A stretch of 64,000 nt of DNA from Adineta vaga (lineage: Eukaryota; Animalia; Rotifera), in assembly GCA_021613535.1 (NCBI GenBank), contig CP075494.1, forward strand, positions 15,996,001-16,060,000, read 5' to 3'. Shown in pieces: positions 23,466 to 36,644 of this stretch. Made by a program: the position numbers and the translations under genes. The notes under the pieces were generated by a model that worked only from the letters and a program-made list of their open reading frames with translations, ran no database searches and was not told the origin of the DNA. Each line of letters opens with the position of its first letter. The stretch's first letter is position 1.

Positions 23466-23847
23466 GTAGATGTGCGCTCAGACGGCCTTTGGCCGCCTTC
23501 GCTATCAATTATTTAAAGTTTTTGAAATGCTGCAATCCTATTGGTCAGTTTCATAGATTGCCTGTAGGAAGCGTAGAATTCATTTTTTTCGGAACAAAGT
23601 AAATGTCGACCTTCCCGTGAGCCTAGAGAAGCATTGTGGAAAGTTTGGGAATGTTAGCTATCATTGAACTGCCTGGGTGAAATTTCACCCACGCTCCCCA
23701 CCCTCACCCCCCGATGACCATTCTAACCCCATGTCGATCTTTCCTGGGACCTAAGGAAGCATCGTAGAAAGTTTGGTGATCGTGGCTATTACAGCGACTG
23801 AATGCATAGCGAACAGACAAACAAACTTTTTTCTTTATATATATAGA
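23466..23847 (-). mobile_element. Non-autonomous Helitron-like element
   Basis: The minus strand starts A|TCTATATATATAAAG followed by a GTTT/GTCT microsatellite. Internal diverged direct repeats lie at about 23602 and 23731. GC hairpin CGGCC-TTT-GGCCG at 23483-23495 lies just before a CTAC end (canonical is CTRR). Confidence 0.55.
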
Positions 23848-23926
23848 TAACTATATTTCGAGAAAATCATTCTTCATCACTCACCTTCCCAGAATTTCTT
23901 GACGAATTTACCCTTATGTAATGTAG

Positions 23927-25200
23927 GTCAAATAAATCTTTCATCCAACGCCAGTTGGTCAAGAAATGCTATCACGGTTGCTGGATCGTGGAGTGCTCAC
24001 ATGGGAACTTCTCTACACGAACTAATTTCTAACTCTGGAATCTGCTTGACTGATGATGGAATGTTGTATATTGCTGATACATTGAATCGTCGAGTCGTTC
24101 TTGTTCGACCGAATTCAACGACAGCAGTAGCTACAATCGTATATGATTCAGAATCGGATCCCTATCGATGGTATTCTTTGAGCGATGTTTTCGTTACAGA
24201 AACGAAAGTTTATGTTGCATCTGCTTACTCGAATACCGTGTGGATATGGTCAAAAAATAGTTCTAGTCCGAATATGATCAATGAAACACCAGAAAATATC
24301 ATTGATATTGATGATCCAAACCATATCTTCGTAGATGTTAATGATAATCTGTATGTGAGTAGTTCATCAACATCAACAGTAATACGTTTCCCATCAAATG
24401 CATCAAGTACTAGTGACGGTGTTGTAGTGGCGGGAAATAGAACGGATGGATCTGCATTCAATCAACTTCAAAATCCAGCTGGAATTTTCGTTGACGACAA
24501 TGCAACATTATACATAGCTGATTATCGCAATCATCGTATCCAAAAATGGATTTCTGGAAGTTCATTTGGTGTGACAGTCGCAGGAAATGGTGACTGTAAC
24601 AGTAGAAATGATACTTTAAAACAATTATGTTTTCCATTTGCAGTCGTTGTGGATTCAAATGATTATATCTATACTAATGATTTTTTTATGCGTCGAATAA
24701 TACGATGGCGTCCGTTTTCAGACACTGGCGAATGCATTGCAGCTTGCTCAGGAGAAATAGGTGTGCAAGCACATCAGTTGCTTGATATCTATGCAATAGC
24801 TTTTGACAAACAAGGATCTCTTTACGTGAGCGATACCAGAAATAATCGAGTACAAAAATTCCAGCTTATTGTTGATACAAGTAAGTATGACTTATTATAA
24901 TGATAAAACATATGAATAAAAATATTGATAATCATGATTATATTTGAAAATATATTTTAGGTCAAGTTACGAGCACAACTGAAATAACGACAGTCACATC
25001 ACCAGGTAATTGTATTCAAAGAAAGAAGCTCATTCTTTTTCTCTTCATTGTAGAATCAATGAATCCAAGCAATTTTGCAAGTCCACTAATCTATTTCTCA
25101 ACAGGTATGTATCAAGATCTTTTTAAAACAATTAATTTCAATTTGATCATTTAGTTCAATTTGGATTTACAACAATGATGACAATTTACAACACATTTAA
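23927..25200 (+). CDS. NHL-repeat beta-propeller protein with a Thr-rich stalk and short C-terminal exons; first exon not resolved
   Basis: Repeats LYIADTLNRRV, QLQNPAGIFVD..LYIADYRNHRIQKW and LYVSDTRNNRVQKF; introns at 24881-24960, about 25006-25053 and about 25105-25154. Confidence 0.8.
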
Positions 25201-25384
25201 TCTCTAACAGTCTCGCAAAACAAATCTTTTCGATGCTTCTTGTCGCGTTCGATCTACTGTAGCTTTGCTATAAGCAAGAATGACGATATGATGAGATATG
25301 GATTCATATTGCACATTATTGTTCATCACTTATTCATTTCTATCCATATTTACTTTCAATTTCTTAATAAAATATGAGTATCAT

Positions 25385-25424
25385 CTTGAGGGTGTGGGTA
25401 TAGGAATACTAAGATCTCATACAC
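25385..25424 (+). repeat. Telomere-like terminal motif CTTGAGGGTGTGGG
   Basis: Seen directly; the following tagg..tact.aagat is shared with the 35862 copy. Confidence 0.6.
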
Positions 25425-25703
25425 TTTTTTGCAGTACACATAACTTTCGGATAAAATCCGAAGTTTCCACATTTATTTTTTCCTCTTTCAAAAGATTAAA
25501 AAGATATCTGTTCAAATAAAATAATCATGTTGTAATCTATTAGATATATTTAACACATATTAATAACAAACAGATAAAATCATGTTGAAAGTCTAATATT
25601 ACAATCTATTCATCACGTTTTGTTTTCTAAAAAGATCTTTCTAGAAAAAATAAAAACAATGACTGATTAAATGAGAAAGATATAATTTTCATATTTGATT
25701 AAA

Positions 25704-28700
25704 ATGATGAGATTTAGTCTGTTTTTTGTTACTCTAAGACTTCTAGTCCATGGACAATTTAATCTTTATGATACTGATTGAATAGTCAACACAGATTTTG
25801 ATTGTTTACATTATTATGTTCCAAGTGAAATGGTTGATATTTCAATAAAACAAGTTATTAAATGTTGTATTCGTCCATACTAGATAAGCAATTATTTCAT
25901 TTCAATGAAAAATTTTATAAAAATTCGACATTTGAACAACTTCATTATTTAAATGTAACTATTGATGATCTATTATCTTGGTCAGCTTCAATTGATCTTC
26001 TGGAAAAATATTCTATTTATATAGATAATCCATTAGAAAATCATTTTTTATCAAATGAATTGTTTTTAAATTGTACAAAACCATGGTTTGGTTCTCAATG
26101 TCAATATTCATTTATTTACGATGGTGAACAAGCATTTTCTGATATAATTCAATAGAAATATCTTCAGATAGAAATATCTATGTATAAATATGTGAGTTTA
26201 ACTTGTTATAATCATTTAAAATGTGATCGTAGTGGAGTAAATTTATGTCTTGATTGGAGAGAAATATGTAATGGACAAATTGATTGTTTAAATGGAGGAA
26301 TTGATGAAGCAGAATGTTTTCAAATGGAAATAAATGAATGTGAAGAAAATGAATATCGATGTCATAATGGTTTATGTATTCCGCAAGATTTTTGGAATGA
26401 TGATTCAAATAATCTGGATTGTCTTGATCGATCAGATGAATTAATATTTTCATTTGATTTATGTTATTTAATTCCATCATTTCGTTGTGAAGAACATAGT
26501 TGTAGAGTAGGTGAAAATGATTTCTCTTGTGGTGATGGACAATGTGTAAAACAATTAGATAGTTGTATTAATTTACGAGATTTCTTATTACAAGATTCAT
26601 TAAAAACAAAAGGTGATTTATCAGATAAATGTTGGTTATATGTTATTTGTTTTAGTTTAATTATAAATAATTATAATAGAAAATTATGCCGTTCTCTTGT
26701 AAATTCTTTAAAAAGCGAAAATAATCATTTATTTGAATGTCAATCATTATGTGAATATCCACAAAATTCTTCTCTTCTTGGTCATATTCGATTTTTCTAT
26801 GAAAATAATCAAACAATAACGTTGAAAGATTTTATTTTTAAAAATGGATTACCTCTTGGACAACAATCTTTATCATTAACAAATCCGTCTTTTCACCATT
26901 TGATATCGTTAGCAGATTTCTTGTATAATAATAATAATGGAATCTATTCTGGTCTACTTGAACCTATTAAAATTCCAGATTTATTATTATATGATTACCA
27001 TTTGTATCTTTTATCAGTAAATCATAATTATATACCAACATTTGCACAACGTATTCGTCCAAATTCGTCATTTCTTGGACCAGAATTTTCATATTTCTCT
27101 GAAAGTATTTCAACTGCCAGATTTTTTACAATTTTATTACCCAATATAATTTGTTATGATCAAACACTTTGTGATTTGATTGTTCATACGTTTCATTATA
27201 AGAATATCGCTTGTAAATATCGATATGAATTAAAGTTTAATGAAATATCAAATTATCAATCATTTTTATTGGCTGTAAAACATTTCTTTCGTGTTTGTCG
27301 AACAGATTATAACAATTTAACCTCATCACATCTTTATTGTTGTCAAAATTCATCAAAAATGTATTTCAAAACATCGTCTATTAGATGGAATTCAAGATTG
27401 TCACTTGAACGATGATGAAACATCGAATTTAACTTGTTTGTTAAGTGATAAATATCGTTTTAAATGTAATGAAAATGCTAATGAATGTTATTCTTCAATA
27501 ATAACAAAAACTATTTGTGAAAAACATTTTCAAGGTCAAACGAAGGAAATTTCTTTTGAAAATTTATGTGATGGAATTCAAAATGTGATCATAATTGGGC
27601 CTGTGAAAATGGAGAAGATGAAGAGAATTGTATTGTTTCCGAATGTCCGTCAAATCTTCATTCTTGTATTTCAATCGATAATTTTACGTTAATTTGTTTG
27701 TCTTCTGATCGATTTAATGATGGAATTATTGATTGTCTTGGTGCTTCGGATGAATTTCAATATTGTCGAAATAATAGATCAAATGAAGGAACATTTCATT
27801 GTTTAAATGAAGATCGATGTATTCCACCATCTTATTTATGTGAAAGTGATCAACCAATATGTTCGAAAAATGCAACAAATATTGAACAAATTCTTTGTCA
27901 AATCTTTGATGAGAAAAATTCGAAAAAATATTTTTCTTTAGAAACTTCATTTGAATATCCTCAATTAACAATCAACAAACAGAAAAAATGAAGAAAACTT
28001 TCAAGTCGAATTTCTTATGGGAACGTTTTTGTAATCGAGGAATTTATGCTGAAAGACCATCTAATGAGAATGAAAATAATTCGTACGTATGTTTTTGTCC
28101 TCCAAGTTATTATGGTTCAAAATGTGAATATCAAAATGATCGAGTTAGTTTAACATTAAGAATTCTACCGATTGATCGTGAAAATATTTATACAATATTT
28201 CTCAAATTAATTGATGAAAATGGTTGGATTAATTCTTATGAACAATTTACTTTTATGTTAAATTGGGGTTGTAAAATGAAATTTAATATTTAAATCGTTT
28301 GAAAAATCTTTCGAAAACTTATTCAATTCATATTGATGTTTTTGAAAAGAATTCTTTAAATTATTGTACAAGTTGGTTATTAGATATTCCATTTCTTTTT
28401 TTACCTGTTAATCGAATTGTTTCACAATTAAATTTACCTATACAACGAACAATTTCATCTTCTTCGTTTTGTAATTTAACTTGTTTTAATGGTGGACAAT
28501 GTATGAAATATGAAAATATCAAGAAATTCTTTTGTCAATGTCATTCAAATTATTCGGGAAATCAATGTGAAAGATTTACTAATTGTAATGATTGTTCAAA
28601 AGATTCAATTTGTGTTGGATCATTTCAAAATCGATCAATATGTATATGTTCATCAAATAAAGCAGGTCCAAGATGTGTTTTACCATCAAAATGTCCATTA

Positions 28701-30054
28701 AATGCTTGTAAAAATCATGGAAAATGTGTTTTATTGGATAATATCATTGCAACAAATAGTTATATGTGTATTTGTTCAGAAGAATTTTATGGTTTAAATT
28801 GTGAATATCGAAAAAATCAATTAACAATTTCTTTTCATCAAATGGAAATTCCATCGTATGTTCAAGTTTATATTAATACAACATCAAATCAATCACATCC
28901 AACAACTTTAATTTTAGTTAAAAAATGACTTTATGAACAAAAATCTATTTCATTTTATCTTTTTATTTCATATCATATGGTTTTTGTTAAAATTCAAAAT
29001 GATTATTATTTAGCTGTTGTTCAACAGGATTTTCAATCAAATATTTTAACAACAATTAATAAGAATCAACGATGTAATTCTATTAATGAATTATTTAATT
29101 TAACAATTCTAAGTTTACCAAATATACGACGTGTTAAATATTATCCATTGATATCTATATGTGTTTATGTACAAATGAAAATTATTGTCAAAATCAAGCT
29201 TTATGTTTACAAGATGATCCAACATGTCCATCAAATGTTATTTATATTTGTTCTGATTGTTATTTTGGTATTCAATGTCAATTTTATGCAAAAGGTTTTG
29301 GTTTAACACTTGATGATATTTTACGTTATGAAATTCAATTTATTTCAACAAAAAATCTCGATACAATTAAGTTTAATTGTACTAGTTCTTTTATTCTTTA
29401 TATTTCTTGTAAATCTCTTGAACCATTACTTAAAATATTTCTTTCAATTGATACATGGTTGAATTCATGTGTATAGCTATTGAACGAGCAATGGCAATAT
29501 TTCAAGGTATCAAATTTCATTCAAATCATAGTAAAAAAATTTCTAAACGAATTTGTATTCTTTTACCAATAATAATTCTTTTGACATTTCTTCATGAGTT
29601 AATTTATCGAAATTTATTTTATGATCAAGAAGAACAACGTACAATGTGTGTTACTCATTTTAATAAATCATTACAAAATTATAATTCAGCAATTATTTTA
29701 ATACATTTTCTTATTCCATTTCTGATTAATTTATGTTCAGCTTTATATATAATTATTAATATAACTCGAATACGTATTAAATCACAAAAAAAGCAAACTT
29801 TTTCAAAACAATTATTTGAACATAAACATATTTTAATAAGTCCAATTATAATTGTTATTTTATCATTACCACGTTTTATTATTTCTTTAATGTCATCATG
29901 TATGAAATCGTCACGAGATCCATCATTGATTCTATCAGCTTATTTTTTATCATTTATACCATCAACATCTCTTTTTATTATTTTTGTTTTACCATCGGAT
30001 TTATATAAAAAAGAATTTAAACAGTTAACCAAAACATGGCGATTGTCACAATAA
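25704..30054 (+). pseudogene. Decayed LDLa-repeat / EGF-repeat / rhodopsin-like 7TM receptor
   Basis: Signal peptide, LDLa (CLDWREICNGQIDC..GIDE), EGF (CFCPPSYYGSKCE) and 7TM (AIERA, LPRFII, FIIFVLPS). Stops at 25779, 26153, 28291 and 28926; several frameshifts (about 25878, 27355, 27590, 27985, 29150, 29470); TM1-2 appear deleted. Confidence 0.85.
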
Positions 30055-30364
30055 TTATCTATGAAAATTAACAAACTTTATTTAATATAGAATTATTTGA
30101 AAATCCTCAAATTTTAATCACTGCTTTTCATATATATCGGCTTAAACGCATCACCGCTGGTGATGTGATATCCAAAACTCCTTACTTTGAGAAGTTCTTA
30201 TTGCTATCTTACAGAGCATAGTCGAAAGTGTGTAGAAACATATTTTGTTTGCTTAATCTCTGTTTAATAAATAAGATCATTGAGGTCATTAATACCTTAT
30301 AAAAAACTCAATGTTTGGTTCGTTGATCAATTCAATCATTTTACTCGAACAGCTCGATATATCT

Positions 30365-30427
30365 TTTGAGGGTGTAGGTGTGAAAAATGTCAACTAAGTT
30401 GGTGAAACGTTCAATTTTCCATTAAAA
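30365..30427 (+). repeat. Telomere-like motif plus a subterminal block shared with the 35862 copy
   Basis: tttgagggtgtaggtg...caactaagttggtgaaacgttcaattttccattaaaa vs caactaagttggtgaaatgttcaatttttcattaaaa at about 35897. Confidence 0.7.
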
Positions 30428-30643
30428 GTTTTTGCCTTTGATTAAAATTTTTCATATTTTTTGTTGTTATAAATGATATTGGTATTATACGTCAGCTGAG
30501 TAACTCAGAATGCACACAATAACCGTAATAATATTTCGAGATCATATACTCTCTTTAACAAAAATATATTGAACTTTTAAAGTATTTATAAATTGAAGCA
30601 CAACTGTGATGAAAAAAAAATAAAAATTGTTTATTTTTTTTTG

Positions 30644-31306
30644 TTATAAAGGTGGATTTATTGATGAAGTTGGATAAGCTCTATATTATAAAATCAGAAA
30701 TTTATTAAATAAAAAGAAATGATTTACTTCAATTGAGATGAATATTTGGTTTCCTGAAATTCATGTGCCAATGTTGAATTTTGATCCGATGTTAAAACTT
30801 CTTCTAGTTTTGGTAGATTAACATTTAATTCACTAAAATTCTTTAAATATATAAAATAAAAGATAAATAATTAACAAACTGTTGAATATGTTTATGAAAT
30901 TTTTGAATTAATCTATCAAATGTTAAATGATATTGTGGATCAGTGATTGTTGTTGTTTCAAGAAGAAATAAAAGATTTTTCATCTAAAATTAAATTATAG
31001 AAATTGAAATAAAATTTCAATCTTTTTATTTACTTGTTGATGATCATGTTCATTTTGATTAGTAATATCATATTTTTCATATTGAGGTAAAAGAATAATT
31101 TCTTCAGCTGTTGAATGTCGAATAAATTCTTGTTGAAATTGATTTGACCAATATTGTTGTTTATCAATATCTCCTTCATTTAAAAAATAATTCTACAATG
31201 ACAAAATTTCATTAATGAAAAAATTTAATTTGATTATAATTTCAACCTGAGAAAGTTTATTTATAATTTGATAACCATTTTGAATAACATTCTTTATTGT
31301 ATCCAT
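30644..31306 (-). CDS. Hemerythrin/HHE-domain protein (fungal/bacterial type), 5 exons; absent from the ORF track
   Basis: Manual splice: MDTIKNVIQNGYQIINKLSQ/NYFLNEGDIDKQQYWSNQFQQEFIRHSTAEEIILLPQYEK...EHDHQQ/MKNLL...FHKHIQ/HELNVNLPKLEEVL...LAHEFQETKYSSQL/KAYPTSSINPPL*. RHSxAEE, DH and HIxxE...LPxLE are HHE hallmarks. Confidence 0.75.
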
Positions 31307-32009
31307 TATTTTTACTTAAATATAAATATACAAATATTTTATCTTCATTTATATTTCTTTTGTCCTTTAAATCATTCAACCGAAAAAGAAAACAAAACGA
31401 TTTTGTACCTATCGTGCATATTTAAGCTATTATATTGCGTCGAACTTTCTGACATCTTGATGCTGTATAGTAGGAACGTTACAGAAAAAGATTTTCAATC
31501 TTATATCATAACAACGTCATCGATAGATAGCCAACAAGAACAGCTCATATTTGAATCTAGAAGAATTTTTGTGTTTGTTTCTATCGAAAAAGTCATATGA
31601 CGATAGAGGGCACTACTGAACAAGTTCTTTAGAACACTATATCATTCTTTTTTCTGAGAAAAGAAAACCAGAAGCGAGATGGAAAACTTCCACTACAAAT
31701 GGGAATCTATCTGAACTAAAAACGTGTTGTTTGAGCAGCAGATTATAGAAATTATGTTTCCAATATTCTCAAAACTATGGCAAAAATTTTCAAATTCTCG
31801 AGATGAGTAATATATATTTCAACAGAACGAAAGGGCTAGAGAATAAAATTTCTTTCAAAATTTCAAATCAAACAAATATTTATCTAAAAAACAAAGATGT
31901 CTGTTCTCAGATGACACATTTCTTATCTTTTATTTCGTTTATAATAAAGTATAAAAATACGACGCAAAAAGATGAAAAGTAATATATTTAAAAATCTTTT
32001 TTGAAAAAA

Positions 32010-32576
32010 ATGGCTGAAATCGATTCACCAAGTGAATACGTTCCAACAGAAAATATTCTTTCATTAGATGAAAATGTTCCAACAGAAAATGTTCCTTCGC
32101 AAAATGAAAATGTTTCAACAGAAAATATTATTTTATCTGATGAAAAAGCAAATGAAGCAATGAAAACTGAAGAAATAATTCATCAAGAACCACCGCGATA
32201 TGGGTTTTTAAATCCATTAGCATTAAATCAAACAAATAATTTCGGTCCACGTGCACTTCCACAAATGCAATGGAATTCAACGAATAATATGCGAACAATT
32301 TATGGAAAACCGTCAGGAATTAATGGTGATGTTAATCAAGTTGAAAGTTATCTTGCTTGGTCTGTTATAAATATTCTTTGCTGTTGTTTATGTCTTGGTT
32401 TTGTTGCTTGTTATTTTTCAAGTGAAGTTGATGCAGCAAAAAAACGAGGAGATTTACAAGGAGCTTTAAACGCATCTCGAAGTGCAAGAAATATGAACAT
32501 TATTACAACTGTTGTTGGAGTTATTGTTTTAACTATTTATGGACTTTATTTTGGTGGAATTTTGGCAAAACTTTAA
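32010..32576 (+). CDS. CD225/dispanin family (IFITM/PRRT-like) membrane protein
   Basis: SYLAWSVINILCCCLCLGFVACYFS..V..A..RGDLQGA..ASRSAR followed by a C-terminal TM. Confidence 0.9.
   Translation: MAEIDSPSEYVPTENILSLDENVPTENVPSQNENVSTENIILSDEKANEAMKTEEIIHQEPPRYGFLNPLALNQTNNFGPRALPQMQWNSTNNMRTIYGKPSGINGDVNQVESYLAWSVINILCCCLCLGFVACYFSSEVDAAKKRGDLQGALNASRSARNMNIITTVVGVIVLTIYGLYFGGILAKL
32034..32141 (+). repeat. Three 36-bp coding tandem repeats (12 aa, ExVxTENxxxxx)
   Basis: EYVPTENILSLD / ENVPTENVPSQN / ENVSTENIILSD. Confidence 0.8.
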
Positions 32577-32944
32577 TAAAGATTTTTTTTTCTTATTTTT
32601 TCAAATAAAAGAATCGTTTAGATAAGAAAAAAGAATTCATATAGAAGAAAGATTTAGCTAATAATGGTTGACCTTGGTTATTATGGATAACGATAATATT
32701 AGAGAAAGAGAAAGAATTCCTCAGGAAAAGGAATCAAGGAAGGAAAGAACAGAAAGAAAAGAAAATAGATTTGTCCTCTTAGTTCGTCTATATAAGAAAA
32801 TAATCTCGATAGGATAGTTCTTCCATTGACTATCTTTGTATCATAAACAAGATTTATTATTTATTTTCCTACAAAAAAAAACGTCTAACATCTGTTATTC
32901 ATTAAAAATCAATTTATCTTTTTTATCTTAGAGAAAAAAACGAT

Positions 32945-35397
32945 ATGGGTGTTTTATCAACTGGTCGTCCGTTAGATTGGAAAGAAATTGTTCAAGTTCG
33001 ATCAATATTAAAAGAACATGCATTAAATGATTTAATTCATATTTTAAATCAACATTCGCAAAGGAAAAATGATGAATTTTTATGGGGTGATGAAGTTAGT
33101 TTAATCTTTCTTCTTCTTCTTTTTTTCTGAATAGAAATTCATTGATATTATTTCAGATTGAATATTCATTAATTCGTTTTGACCATGAAAATAAACGTGT
33201 TCAATTATTATTAAAATCAGATGAAATTTTAACAAAATTCAATGAAAATATTCATCAACAGTAAATTAAAGATTCGTTTTTTTTTGTTTTGAAAATATTT
33301 TGTCTTTTATTTTTTCTACAAGAAATTCTCCCGTTGAATTTCATTCAGAAGATTGTAATTTTGTTATTGAAGGAATTCCATCAAATCCTTATTCGTCATA
33401 TTTATCTTCGTATCATAATGTTGAAACAAATATGAAATTAAGGTAATATTTTTCTTCTTGAATCAATAATTCTCTTCGAACTCTTTCTTTAGACGTCAAG
33501 TTGTTCAAAACAATTTGAATAAAGATGAATTTATTTTAACAATATCAGCATTTCCAAGGTATAATTCTAATAAAATGAAATGAAATAAAACTCTCATCAA
33601 TTTCAGATTGGGTTGTGTTGGATGTACTTATCCGGAATATAAAAGTGATCCATTAAATAGTTTTGAATATTCATTAACTTGTTCTGATCATTATAAAACA
33701 CCAAATTATCCACGAACAATGTATGTTTATCTTTCATTTTCTCTTATTCATTTCTTTATAATATACAAAAAAAAAGGTTTTTAAATAAAAATGTTATTGA
33801 ACGTCGTCAATCGAAAGTTTCCGTTAATGTTCCAAGTAAACTTATTTTAACGTTTGTCTTGATTAAATAAAATAAAATTTGATTTAGTAATGAAAGATAA
33901 AAATACAGCTGAACCCTTTGAAGATGATTTCAGTTGTTATGGAATTGATAATTGGCAAAAATATGTTGAAACACGTGAACAAAATCATATTCATTTAGAT
34001 TCATCATCAATTGGTTGGGGTTGTTGTTGTTTACAAGTTACTTTACAAGCTTCATCGTTTTATGAAAGTCTTCTTCTTTATGATCAATTAATTCCACTTA
34101 CACCTATATTTGTATGTTTTCGTTTTGTTTAAAAAAATACAATCTTTTTTCTTTTCTCTTTAAAGTTATCATTAAGTACTTCATGTCCAATTTGGAGAGG
34201 ATATGTCAGTAATGTTGATAGTCGATGGAATGTTTTAAGTGATACAACAGATGATCGAACAAATGAAGAAATCAATTCAAAAATTTTTGAATCATCTCGT
34301 TATTCATCTGTTTCATCATATTTATTAAATTCAAGTGAAAGATTTAATGATCAATCAATAAATTATGATGAAAATATTTATCAAAAATTAATTGAAAATA
34401 GTTTAGTTTTATTTCAATCGATTTCTAAAAATAATTCTTTTCTTTTCAAGATTGTCCACCAGTTCTTGCTAAACATTTTGCACATTTATTTTTACGTGAT
34501 CCACTTTATGTTACTGACGAACAAGTTAATACTTCTTCAAATCTTTATAAATTTGAAGTATTTGATTTTTTTCCATTTTCTTTTAATTTTTTATCTTTTT
34601 TAAAGAATCATAATTCAATGGTATGGAATTCTCTTCGATATAAACCACCAGTAGCATCATTAGGATGGAGAATTGAATTTCGTCCAATGGAGGTTTCTTT
34701 ATCTATTATCTTTTTTTGTTTTAAAACTATCTCATCTTGTTTTAGCTTCAAATAACTGATTTTGAAAATGCAGCCTTATCGGTGTTTTTAATCTTATTAA
34801 CTCGATCAATTTTAACTTTTGAAATTGATTTACGAATGCCAATATCACTTGTTCATCAAAATATGCATAGAGCACAAATTCAAAATACAACTCAACAAGC
34901 AAAATTTTATTTTCCGAAAAATATTTTCTTTTCAAAAGACAAAAACAATGAATTTATAGAAATGACAATGAATGAAATTATCAATGGTTCTGTAAGAATA
35001 ATTCATTTTTGATGTATTTTATAGAAATTCATTGTTTTCTTTTTTAAGAAAACATTTTTTGGTTTAAAATCTTTAGTTTTAAATTATTTAAATTCATTTG
35101 AAGATATTGATATCTTAACAAGACAAACAATTGATAATTATATTGAATTTATTTCTCAACGTGCACAAGGTTTTGTTTATTCTTTGCATTTTTTCTAAAT
35201 AAAAATGTTCGTTTTGTTTTTTTCAAGGAAATCTTTTAACAAATGCAATGTGGATCAGAAAATATATTGATAATCATCCTTTATATCAACATGATTCAAT
35301 TGTAAATGAACAAATTCAATATGATTTATTAAATGAAATTCAACAAATTACAATGACGAATCAATTTCAACCTTCTTATCTTATTAATTCTTCGTAA
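32945..35397 (+). CDS. GCLC: Glutamate-cysteine ligase catalytic subunit, divergent paralog, multi-exon
   Basis: MGVLSTGRPLDW, FLWGDE/IEY, FPRLG, GCCCLQVTLQA, HFAHLFLRDPL, GWRIEFRPME/LQITDFENAA; stop TAA at 35395-35397. Confidence 0.9.
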
Positions 35398-36644
35398 AAC
35401 AAATCAATTCTATTTAGTTTAGAGTATTTTTACTAGATTTATTAATTTCCTACCGAATATATTTCTTTATTTATTCAATAAAATTAGATTATATCTATAG
35501 CAATTTCTCGTCTGGAAATAAGAGGATTTATATACCTATAATCAACGAAACAACGGAATAGAACGAAAAATATTCTACAGGAAAAGAAAATAGTATAGAA
35601 AACCATGATTTAGTGTTATGAATATATAAAGTCAAAGTTAATTATTTAATAAAACAGTATTTCTAACGGATTGTTATCTTATAATTCTATGATTATTTTC
35701 TTGTTGATGATGATGATATGTAAATAACAATTAGTAATCCATATATAACCAACCTCCAATAATTGGACCAATAGAGATATTTTCTCTAATAACGACGCAA
35801 AATTAGTACATCGTCTAGCTTCAGTTAGGGTTAATCTATTTCAAGACCAATTTCTAATCCTCTTGAGGGTGGGTGCAGAATAGGTACTGAAGATGCCAAC
35901 TAAGTTGGTGAAATGTTCAATTTTTCATTAAAATTGTGACGACTTTTTATCGAGTGGAAGAGATGTATGCGCTGATGGAACTACGTCTTTATTTATATCT
36001 TCCTCTTAAATCGTATATCGTTATGATACAATAAAACACGCGTTTATGTACTCGTCTATAAAAGAGAACGCACGAAAATATCATGTCAAAGTACATAAGA
36101 ATGTACCGAAGTTAAAACATGATGAGGATAATCCATTAGATGATAAGAATCGAAAGAGCTATAACATCATGCGTACAAAGTATGTAAGCGAGAGAGATAC
36201 AAACACAAAAATTCGTTGGAAAACAAAGTCATCAGAAATTGTATTCATCAAAAAACATTTTTCATAATAATTTTGCCATTGTTTGATTCAAACCAATTAG
36301 AATTCATTATTTGGTCATCACATTCACAATCAATTCCATAATCACATTGACCTGTTAAACAATTAAAATCAAATTCATAATTTTAAAAATTTGTATGCGG
36401 AGAAGATTTTTGTTTCTGTATTCTTTTTTATGTATAATAAGCATCATTATTATCTTTACAATTGAGCACATTCCATAACCATATATATAACATATGTTAC
36501 TTTATGTAATCTTTATTTAGAATAAAGACGTCAATGTTTATAATTTATACCACTAGGCACGTTGTGTTCTTCTTTATCTATGTACTTCAACCGGACCAAA
36601 GAAGATATATCTACATTTATTTGTTTCCTTCCTTCGATCTGCTT

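Noticed and set aside
35825-35832. TTAGGGTT canonical telomere-like word
   Set aside because: A single unit, expected by chance.
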